From assembly GCA_030141605.1 (NCBI GenBank), contig JAQGDQ010002374.1, positions 124,001-188,000 of the forward strand: 64,000 bases of DNA, read 5' to 3'. Numbering within the stretch: position 1 is the first letter of the stretch; each line of letters begins with the position of its first letter. The translations under genes were made by a program, and so were the position numbers. The notes under the pieces are model-generated. The model was not told where the DNA came from. It made no database searches and was given only the letters and a program-made list of their open reading frames with translations. The DNA comes from Tubiluchus corallicola. Its lineage: Eukaryota > Animalia > Priapulida. Positions 1-12,300 of the stretch are shown here, piece after piece.

Positions 1-193
1 TCACTCCTACTTGTCACTGCATAGATAAGCATCTCTGTCCTCTGTTCTTCTGTTCTATAAATAACATTAAAGATGCTTTTCAACTAACTAGAAGAACTAT
101 GTGACAAGCACTAACTCATCCAGAAACTGGCTAACAATAGTGTTTGCTAAAAAAACTAAGATGGGCTGCACAAATGCATAATCATATACTTAC

Positions 194-369
194 ATATGCC
201 TGGAACTTCTGCAATGAAACTTCCTGTCTCTGGCACTAGATGGCAGTTACACCGCTGCAAGCTTCGCACATTCGTTAAATCAGACGGTTTGAGTTTTTCA
301 ATGGGAGTGCCATCCGTTTTCAGGTACAAGCCAAAGCCAATGTCATTTTCGTCTGTGATGAACTCCCAC
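194..369 (-). CDS. SEC14L2: SEC14L-like exon 12, GOLD domain (WEFITDENDIGFGLYLK...CHLVPETGSFIAEVPGI)
   Basis: ttgcag| ... |gtaagt. The next exon lies beyond position 1. Confidence 0.93.
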
Positions 370-3300
370 CTGCAAACAAACCAAAATTAACTTGTAGTAG
401 GAAACAAAGACGTTTATAAATGGCCAATACCCATGAAGAACGATGGCTCAACCAAAGCTACTTTACAGTGCTTATTTTAGACATCGACAGTTTTAATTAT
501 TGCAAACAGATCAGTGTGACAGCATTATAAAAAAATCTATAAGGTTGCCTGCTTTTTGTTAATACAGATATACTAGTGATAAGCAAAGCTGGTGAGACAT
601 CAAAACAAGATCTATCTGTGCATCTCTTTTAAAGAAAATGACTTGGTCCACTAGAAGCGTTAACCTAAACAATTATAACAAATCAGTTATACTAAATATT
701 TAAAACACAGAAAACCCACCAAATGTTTAACATTTGCAGTTATAATGTTTTCTGATTAGGGCTGCTTAGAGACAATTAGCAACTACCTAGCCATACCTTT
801 CAGGATCAGGTTATGGATTATCAGTTGCAGATTTAGAGGATGGGTCTAAGAAACCTGCTCCCCTTTCACAGTAGCACTTACAACACATCAAATAAATATT
901 TTCTCTGGATTATAAGCATTAGAACGATTTGCTAAATCCTAGCAGTGGCTTTACTAAAATTTAATACCTATAAAAATCCTATATCACAAGAGTTCTACTT
1001 TTCAAAACACATGAAATTTAAGTACACCATGTACACTGTATACCACTATATTGCTGAATATTACAATGCTTCCCCAGACCCATTAACTGCCTTTTGTTGG
1101 GCCCACCATTTTTCAAAAGCCAGTATCCGCCCTTGATTATAAACTTACCTACATGTCAGGACAAAATATAAAATATTATTAGTCAAACAGTACAACACTG
1201 TTATATTTTTGCAGACAAAATTTTCTCAGAATACTTCTCCAAGCAATTTAACTTAATTTGGGTACAAAAATGCATATATTTGAGAGTTTTTGTTTGCAGA
1301 CATAACATGACATAGAGAAATGTGGAAATATAGGACTAGAACAGATTGCTAATTGGTAGAAAGAAAAGACCACTTTACTCTGCAGAAATTTTGTCACTAT
1401 GGCTGATAATATGCATAAATTCTTTAAATAATGGGAAGGATGAGTATAAAAATCTACAATGACACCTTCCTTATTTCGGACATTCTTTTTGTCAACAGGG
1501 CTCTTTCAATTTTATTTGAAAACACGATTTGCTGTTTTACTAGAAAATCAGAAATCTACTTAAAGTCCGTCATTCATTACCTGATTATGGACCCTGCCTT
1601 TCCTACATGATGTTCAACATAAAAATTTGCCCTCTTGTTCACAACAGCCATGTCCATCTTAGTCTTATCTATAGCTTCTTTGTTGTTTTGAAGGTAATAG
1701 CTTTTTGGGATTTCCCCTCCATAACAAATCTGAAATATTGCAAAAGAAACACCACAATTAATAAGGCACTTAGTGTATATGAAAAATTAATTGAAAAGTA
1801 TACAAATTATTAAGTAAAACAAACCTTGCAGTTGAAATGATTTAACTGTTTTGACAAATAAAAAGCGAAACATACCGTATATACTCGCATATAAGCCGAA
1901 TTTAGAACTGTAAAATACAATACTGAAATCAGGGGGTCGGCTTATATGCACATGAAACAAAATGAACACAAGGACAGACACTAATGCCAATTTTCCAGCC
2001 ACACATTTTCATCGCTATCTGACTCTTTATTTGGTTGTGTGTCACCAGTGGTGTATTGGAGGGGGATCGTGGGGGATCGCCGTCCACCCACTTTTTTTTT
2101 TAGAAAAAATTCACAATTCAATAAATGTCTGCTTTTTGTATTCATTAGATAAAAAACATTAAAAATGTATACAGGTTTAATATTAAATCTACTTGTTTTC
2201 ATTTTTTCAAAAAACGGTTTTAAATAATGTCAATTTCTTTCAAATTTGTGAATGTAAAATGGTAAGTCTTGAGACTAGCCGTCCACCTACTTTTTATTTA
2301 GCAATACACCACTGTGTGTCACCAGTTGCGAGCCGTAACCAAGCCGACGTCATCAGCCAATTGGTAGGCAGCGCGTGGGGAGACGAGGGTCACGTGGCTT
2401 ATAGAGGAACAGCAAACCAATGAGGCAAACGTGAGCACGCGGCCACAGAATTTAAAAGTGTGCTGAATTTTGATAATTTTAGTTGTAAAATTATTTGTGC
2501 AATACACCATGCCTGGAGAAAAAAGAAAATGTAACAAAATGTGACAAAAAGGGATGAATTTTGTTGATTGGGTATGGAGTCAAATTAGACAAGTTGATGG
2601 TCGGCTTATATACGGGTTTTTGCAAAAACTGGCCATTTTAAAGCAGTGTTAGGGGGTCGGCTTATATGCGATGTAGGCTTATATGCGAGTATATACGGTA
2701 AACATATCAACGAAAAGCAACCTTGACTTAACGGTTTCATTAACTGAATTCACTGATGAACAAATTCATCAAAATGAAACCTCTAATACAGCCAATCAGA
2801 ACACTGAGCAAAACCACAAGGCACCCAAAATGCAAATTTATTCTTAAATAATTATCAACAAACAAATGTGCAATTATGTTCAGCTCTTGAATGACATATT
2901 GGTTTCTCATAGTCAAAATATTCTCACTAATCTGCATACATTATATTATACTAACATTATCAACCTGCCGGCGGATCGGACTTGATCATTCATATTCACA
3001 TTAAACAGCAACAAGAATTTTTACACTCTTTAACAGCACTGAGAATAACTAGTATATCCCACAAATGGAGGGTAAATTCTTTGATTACATGGAATCTCTC
3101 AGCAGCAGTTGTTCTCTTTTGGTGCTATTAAGAAACATAGAGACATTTTCTCTTTTTTTTAATAATAAAAATTTAGAGTTAACAAAAACTACTCCAAATT
3201 TTTGTCTAGACCGTTGCTGTCCAGTACAAAATATGATAGCATGCAAATTATCTGTTTACGTGGGACATACTGGCTAGTAAGAAATCTCTTCTTTGTACTG

Positions 3301-6300
3301 TTAAGAGTAACTTGCAAAACATAGACATTTTCTCTCTCTAAATTACAGGCAATCTAGAGTTAACAAAAAGTACTCCAAACTTTTGTCTATAACGTTGCAG
3401 TCCAGTACAGAATATGATACAATATACTGCAGCCACCCACCGTTGCATTTAAGTTACGGCAACAAATATTAATGAAGACCAGGCTGTTAAGGTTTGACTG
3501 TGATCTTTAATTTAAAGAAGAAAAATAAACAAACAAACAAGTGCTGCATACAAGATGAGAACACTTGGGATCACCATCTGGACCTCTGTTCTGACCACCA
3601 AAGAACACTGGAACCTCTTCCATTGCTATATCATCAAGTATTAGCTGTTGCCAGTTATCTGAAAAATTAAAGTGTTCCATAATATAATCAAACCTCCTCT
3701 TACTGCCCAATTTGGGACTGCAAAAAAGTTGGCATTAAGTGAATTTGGCATTATAACAAGGTGTATTAATACTTACATCTGCACAAATATAGACATTTTG
3801 TTTTGCTGAAAATATGAGCATTAAGCGAGGTTGGCATTATAATGAGGTAAGACTGTATGAGTTTAACAATAACTTGATTTCATCAACTAAAACTGCTATG
3901 TTGGAGCTGACTAACCAACAGCACTGTCTTGTTAAAGAACAACCAACTGTCATCTGCCACAAGCCAAACACACAAAATGTTTGGCCACAATTAGTGAGCA
4001 TGCCTAATTTTCAGAATTTTTAAATAATTTTCTATTACACGAAATGATTAAGCATCTTAACATTAATGACTGATTCTCTCAGCAATTAGTTTGTAATCTA
4101 ATCTGAAAAAATGACTTCTTTAGTTAAAATTAAGGAAATCCAAAAAACATATAAGTCTTTGAAATTAAACTTATTTTATTATTCTGCACAAATTGTAATA
4201 GCAGTTTGCTCTCCAGTCAAATTAACTAAATAAAGCTTTATACAGTAATTACATTAATTACATATTTCATATTTACACTTTAAACAATCATATAGTCAAA
4301 ATTATCTTCCAGCCTCTGTTACATATTTATAGACTTCTTACCGCTATGTATTCGAATTTTATTTCGTGTGTGCTGTGTTAGAAATGGCTTCACAATAGCA
4401 TAGGCAATAGGAAAAATCTTTGGTGCTGTAAAACAAAATAGTACTTCGTGAAAATTTTTATTTACACTACTCATTCTAGTCCAGCAACTACACTAATTCA
4501 AAATTAGATAGTGTAAAGAGAATTGTCTCATGATCCCTGTTTACAGTTATTAAACAAAAACAATGCAGAAAATAGCCAGATCTGTAACTTTACCATTTAA
4601 CTGCAATAGGTCTAGGCACAGACTAATTCAGAACAATAGGTTTAGGCACAGGCTAATTCTGAACAATAGGTCTAGACACAGACTAATTCAGAACAATAGG
4701 TCTAAGTACTGACTAATTCAGAACAATAGGTCTAAGTACAGACTAATTCAGAACAATAGGCCTAGGTACAGACTAATTCAGAACAATAGGTCCAAGTACA
4801 GACCAATTCAGAACAATAGGTCTAAGTACAGACTAATTCAGAACAATAGGTCTAAGTACAGACTAATTCAGAACAATAGGTCTAAGTACAGACTAATTCA
4901 GAACAATAGGCCTAGGTACAGACTAATTCAGAACAATAGGTCTAAGTACAGACCAATTCAGAATAATAGGTCTAGGTACAGATTAATTCAAAACAATAGG
5001 TCTAGGTACAGATTAATTCAGAACAACAGGTCTAAGTACAGATTAATTCAGAACAATAGATCTAAGTACAGATTAATTCAGAGCAATAGGTCTAGGTACA
5101 GATTAATTCAGAACAATAGGTCTAGGTACAGACTAGTTCAGAACAATAGGTCTAGGTATAAACTAATTCAGAACAATAAGTCTAGGTACAAACTAATTTT
5201 CTAAATGGTGTAAATCGAGTATTACTTTACTAGTTTAGAAAACACGTTATACGATGATATGTAAAAGCAAAGACAAAACTTACACTACAAATTAAGTACA
5301 AAACACAATGTGTTTAATATCTATGGTTAGAGTCAGGTAGCTACACTTACCATTTACAACATTTAGTTTGTACAAAGTCTCTGGATAATGATCCTCCATC
5401 ATCCGCAGTAAATCTAGGCACATATCTATACCTACACGAAGAAAAACGTTAATCATATGTAAATAAATTAGTGTTCAGGTTTTTTAAAGATTGATACAGG
5501 GCAATATCTAAGACATTGTCATTTCTAAATTCAGTTGTCGGCAGTAAGTAGCTTCTGAAAGCCATGAATATACCTCGAGTATCAACCTGTAGTCAATGGG
5601 ACTGTAACCACTTCTCAGAGCTTGTTTTGAACGAATAATAAACTAGGGGTGTACACAAATAACGATAATTTGAAGCTTCAAATAAAATACTATCCAATTC
5701 TGCTACACACTGCATTGACCACATATTGAATACCACCCACACATTTGCGGAGACAAAAACCTTGGCACTAAGCGAACATCATTGTCCCGATGAAAAGAAT
5801 CTGCTGTCTTTGCTCCCATACAGCCGAAAAACAATTACACCAATGTCAGCTCATTGCCTGGGCAATACTAATTCACTGGGAAGTTGGATATATATTTAAT
5901 TGTCCATATGACAACAAACAGCAGAACTCGGTATGGGAACATTTCGAAAAAGTCCCATTCAAACACAGTAAAATGTTTATTATGCAAAAACAAGTTATTA
6001 AAAAATCAACAAGCCCTATATTCAATCATGTACAGCCCTAAGTAATGCAGTGATATTGCAGTAATTAACACCACAGTTCAATCCAGATAAGAGTGTGGTA
6101 TGCATAATTTATCATATCAGTTCATCTGTTAACATCTACAGTGGTACAGTAACTGCTGCCCTGTATTTTGCGTTTGTCTATTTCCATGAGTGGACTACCG
6201 AGGTCAAATATCTCAGGGGCGAACATTCGATTATTCAAAAATGTTTTCCTCGAATCTTCGAAGAATAAATTATTCGAAATTCCCACCCTTATAATAAACG

Positions 6301-9300
6301 ATGATCACTGATTGTACATCAATAGAATGACCACATACACAGAACTTTTTGCACTCATCTACCTCAGACATCATACATACCAGGCTTGTATGTAACATGT
6401 TTCAGGGCAAGATTCTCTAGGTCAAACACAACTGTAATGCCCTCTATTTTCTTATCGTGCTAAGAAAAAAATATAACAAAGAATATGATACAGGTTACGT
6501 ATGACTTTGCAATAACGAAAGTAAGTAGTTGGCAAATGTCATTTCAGATATTCCACATACTGACAGTAATTTTATCAATAAAAATTTATATGTGAGCAAT
6601 TATATTAATTATGTTTAAAACACTTATTGATACTTAACACTCTTAAAAACAAAACATTTGGCATATTAAGGTAAAGAACTGACTTATACATGGTTTAGAA
6701 TATTCAGTAAGAGGTTACTTAGCAGGTATAAACAAAAATACAACATGTTGCAGGGAATTTTTTTACAAAATGTTTTCATTCCAACATATATACACCTACC
6801 TTTTTTGATTGCGCTTCCATGGCTTTGTACATTTTTTCAAGTTCATGAGCCATGGACTTTAGTGCATCATTTCTAGTAGCAGAGTGTACCATGCCTAAGA
6901 TAAATGCAAAATTATGAACTAATTGATATAATGCATCCACTAAAATATAGAATGATTCCTTATAGCAGACTGTATATTTCATGCAAAACACATTATAATA
7001 TTATGTCACTTTTCACATATTATCCAGTACTAGCATAAACATACTTTGATCAATAACAAATTTCAATTCCTTTATAAATTCAGTCATTCAAAAACCTTAA
7101 AATATTAAAAGTAATTTAACTAGTAACAAGTTTTAGTTCATTCATTCACTCATTCATTCATTCATTCACGCATGCACACACAAACCCCAAAATCACAATT
7201 TACTCAGCAGCAGTAGGAAAAAAATCAATCCAATCAGTAATAGCACAACACAACACTGTATAATTGGATTAACTCATATTTAGACCGAGACAGTTATCCT
7301 TAATTATGACAATAGTTATGGCATACTCCTCTATGCCAAAGAAAGAATTCGAACAGGACTTCAAGACTGAGCTCAAGCTTTCAGCTAATGCATCTTTATT
7401 TGTGCAGCTATTAAAATAGTACAAAGCAATGCAATTAACTAATGGACATGCCTGCGTTTACCTTTTAGATCCAGATCAAAATAATAGTACATGACAGGAT
7501 GGCCTTCCCTATCTTCTCCGCATATTCCTTTTGGAGAGTATTTTAGCAAAACCTGCAGAAATCATTAATTTTTGTATCAAGAAATCAATCCGACTTTCTT
7601 ATATTAAAATTCCAAACTGTTTACATGACAGTTTATTCAGCAAACGAAGTGCTTGTAGCCTTGTACCCACAACTTAGAAAAATACTTGAAAAATGGATTT
7701 ATCACTAGCCTATGCACACAGCTTAAAACAATAATCAGGTGCTACCCTATGTTACATTGATAATCATATTATACTATACTGTAGTGACAAATTAAATGGA
7801 AAAATTAGTTCTAGTTTCCTATGTCCTATCACAAGAAATATAACAAGGCTTTCCAGAAACTACACACAAGTTGAGAATTGACATCATTCGTGATTGAAAT
7901 GCAAAATAATTGTCAAATACATTCGTTTTACAAAATTTAAGACAACAGCATCTTTAGCTGGAGTCTCAGTACATAGGCATAGTTGCCCGATGAAATCAAT
8001 GTACGTCGAGGCTAGGTACTGCAATTGACATGTATAGTGGCCTCCACTTAAAATGTACTAAACCTCTGTACAGCCACTATCACAATATGGTATCATAATC
8101 ATAATATATTTCACGTTAAATCTAGATCCAGATTCAAAATTTATTTTAACTAAAATGTATCTTCTGCATTGGATTGTAATATTAATCCAAAAGACATTAT
8201 AGTAATGACTGTGAAGAAACGTAGACACCATTGTAAGGGCTTAATATATTTTACTGACTGCGTTGCTAATGAATCATAAATCAATTTTGATGTCACTAAA
8301 ATTTATATATCAAATATACCTGGGTGATAGGTAATATTGTAGAACATCGATAAATGTGAAGAGTAAAAAAATTCATATTTGTGCCACATGACCCCAAAAT
8401 CTACAAGCTCTAAGCTTGAACCTTGCCCTACCACTGTGCAAAGTATCAACTTCCAACATTACTCCAGAGCCAAGAAAAAATGGAGACAGAAGGACTGACA
8501 GCTGGAACCGATAATTTTATAATTGCGCATGTTAGGATATCTGCAAAGATCGCCTTGGCACATATAACGTAATCCCATTATCCCTCATAAATTTGGTAAG
8601 AATTTACGTGTGATGGCATCTGACTAGACACAGGTATACTTTCGAATAGAAAGCCCAAAATTTAAACTACTCATATAATAACTTTTACGCTTTTTTCACA
8701 AGTTAAAGATTTTGTCGCTTAAGTGACATCTTATCCACTGAACTTCACTTGTGTGGCAGCAAATTAATATTGAGATTGTCACTTCTGATTTTGTAGCTGC
8801 TGCAGACCATAAGAATGGGCACTCCATTTTGTTATGAGAAATTTTATTACGGAAAGCAGGAACAGTCGTAAGCAACTTGCTCACATGACACATCACTACT
8901 GTACAAGCAATCAACTCACAGTAGAATGTGATCGTGTTGTAACTTAAACTTATAGTAAAATGAAAAGTGGAGTAACTTTTCAAGCAGCAACTTTTTTTTG
9001 TTCTCTTAGATCTTTAGCAAAAGAAATACTAATTCCTCAGCAAAATGCTGCACATTTAATGGTTGCTTGTCAACTCAAAGCAAAACTATTCATGGTTATT
9101 TGCCCTACACTTCAAGTTGCCAGCATATGAGCATCAGCTCGACTTGGGTTGCATTTGCACATGTCCGTTATCGAAATACGGATGACGTTGCTGACTGGTC
9201 ATAGTTTACTGGTAATTCAGAAGCATTATACCGTTATTTATTGAGCAGAAACATATACGTTCAGAAATCTTTACACCTTATTTGGGACTAAAAAAAAGTT

Positions 9301-12300
9301 GGCATAATAGCGAATCCGATATTCTAATGAGTTGATTGATACATATGTGTCTATGCAAATACGGATATTTTGTTTTGCTAAAAATTTGGGTGTTAAGCGA
9401 GCTTGGCATTTGCATTATCCTCTATGTCCTAATTTATGTTTTGTACCTGAGAAAACACAAGCAGCGATAGCTAATCCCCTAAGTCCACTTGATGTAAAGC
9501 TTAGCAATTATTGCAACATTGTAAATAGTAATGTATAACACGTGGAAGAGTAAATGGAAAGCTATGTCATAATACTTATGGTACTATCAATCATTAACGA
9601 TCAAGTAATACACGGATAACTTTAATAAATTTAAGGAACAAACGTTAAACCACTCAGAGTAACACAGCACCCTTAATGACTGTTTATCTAGAAAACAACA
9701 TTTTAAAAAAATTAGAATTTCTATTCACAGACCATAATACATTTTTCTTACACACACAGTAATGCTGCATTAAGGCCCAGTCTTTGCAGTTAGCAAGAGA
9801 AATGATATGAAAATTATGTAAGATATTTATCAATGCCCAAAGATCAGTACCTCTGGAACTTTGTATTCTTCCAATAGTTTGTCAGCATTAATCTGCTTTC
9901 GCCAAATGACATCCTACAAAGGAAAGCTGAATGTTTATTACATATAAGTTAGACAGATAATGCATACTGTGTGTTGTTAATGTATATCACAAAGCTACTA
10001 ATGGTAGTGCAATTTTCTATTGTTACAAACACATAAACAATATTATGAAATGCCATTTCATACACCATATTACCAGTACATTACAAAATAAGGCCGACTT
10101 TGGGGTGGCTGACTTAGTTGACTGTGTGGTTGTTCACCACCCTTTCTCCATATGATTAACTTTAATTTTAACATGAAGTAAGCTACTAGCAAATACTGAT
10201 TAGTATGTAAAATTGTCAAAATTACTGTTTTGTTTATTATGCACTGTCAAACTTAAAGCTGATAAATAAACAATTTTAATCTTAATCTTTGGTTGTAGGT
10301 CCAAAACCTTTGAAACATGTTTACATTTCTATAAGATAATATAAACTAAGCAGGTACATCGTGTATATAATTATTAAAACCTTGGCTGCTTTTAGGGTGG
10401 TTTTATCTACCTATCATTAAGAATTAAATGTGTGTCATTACAATCTTCAGACACCATATTAAAAAGTGGAATTCTTACATTTCTAAGCATCAACTCCGAT
10501 TTCTTCAGTTCAAAGTCTCGTGCTGAAATAGAAATTTTGAAGTGGATTTAATGATAATTAAATGAGTTTTTTACAACTAAAGGGATCAATGGACAAATTA
10601 TGGACAACATTTTTTGATGTCATTTCGTCAGTCATTTTCGTCAAATAGATACCTGAATATAGCAAAGGTACATCAGTTTCACTAAAACCTAATTATCGAT
10701 ATTAGTTAGCGGGTAACGTGTCAGTCATAATAGACAAAACCACTGCCAGTCAAATCACAAACTTTCATAAGGTAGCAAAATGATGGTCAATGGGAGAAAT
10801 AACTTTTTCATTTATACATATTCTAACTAATTCTTCTAAGGATTCTTCAACCACGATTTGTATAAAACAAAGTTTATTTTAATTTTAAACTCAGGATGTG
10901 AAACTAATAAAAGTGATGTCATCTATTATTGGTATTCGTTAATTATTAGCATACCTCTCAGCCATCGAAGGTAATAGTAGTCATCCCATTCTGGCCTTGC
11001 TATATCCCTTACTTGAGTTTTAAACTGAAAAAAGAATAACAGGTAGCTTCTTATATAAAGCTTTTTCTCCACATCAAAATCTGTGGACGAAATGTTCACG
11101 CAGATGTTTCAATCAACACAATAGGAGCTATTTATCAAAAGGGAAAATTTCCTCACAAAAACTGAAAAAGGAGTACATGGCAATGTGACTCTAACACTGA
11201 AATGGTGTCCGTTTGCTTAAACGTTCAGTGCTGTCTATAAAACAAGACCTTCAATTATCGCTTCAAAATCAAAATCTCTTGGGTCAGCATCTTCTATATC
11301 TGACAATATATCTACTAGCTTGAAATTAGACAAGCCAGTATGCCTGGCAATGTTGTATAACAGTATATCCCTTTGATTAGAATAAAGCACACACTCGGAC
11401 AAAAAATGTTCACTAAAGCTAGAATTCACTAAACCACACTCACAGAGTGAAGAATTAGCGCCTCCAATTTTATGAAGATGGTATAGTTAAGTTTAGAGTA
11501 GCCCATACGTAACTGAAGAAACTTGGAAAACTGGGGCTTTAGTGGAAAATCAAGCCTCCTATTCAAGATCTCAGAAAAACACAAATTAAAGCTTAATGAT
11601 ACCGGCACGCATGAAACGTTTAGACTAAATTGCTGAAACTAAAAATGTATGTTTACATTATTATACTTTGAACATTCCTATATGTGAAAGCAGATACTTT
11701 CTTTGTGCAGTTATCTGGATACGTAGGCACATGTTTAGTTTTTTAACACAAATATTAATTGCTCAACTCCCCCCCCCCCCTAACAAGAGTCTATTTCTAG
11801 TGTTTTCCATAGTTATCCACAATGATATATAACAATAATATTATACCACTAAAAAACTAATTCCGTGTCAAAGGAAAAACAAAAGTTACTTCTCGTAAAA
11901 TTTGATAGCTACAATAAAAAAATCATAGAAAGCATTTATGGTTACCGTGGAATCAGTTTTTCACAAAAAAATTAATAACAGTGTTGAAGGAGATCCATTT
12001 ACGAAAAAAACCCAACGACGTAATAACGTTAAAAAGAACCATTTATTTGAGAGAATCCTCAAAATTGAAAAATCGGGCTCTGCACAATGGTCCGCACCAA
12101 CTTCGTGCAAACTTCAGCCTCCTACAGTGTAAACTGTGGCCTCCAGTAGTTTTCAAAGATAAATGTGACGATAAGATGACCACGCTTTAGAGACCACTTT
12201 GTATCGACCTGTGAACAATTTTACAGTTTACAGAGTAATGCATTTTTGCACTCCACAATCTTTCAACGTTAACACCAGATAAAGCTTTTCTGAGAACAAA

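Noticed and set aside
1-54. Possible SEC14L terminal exon after acceptor TTATAG at 55-60
   Set aside because: Splicing gives an immediate TAA and lacks the expected YVLRFDN-like GOLD end; the true last exon is probably off-window.
4605-5198. 30-bp array (and the 29- and 58-bp arrays) as CRISPR
   Set aside because: Head-to-tail repeats with no unique spacers, no cas genes and a eukaryotic intron context.
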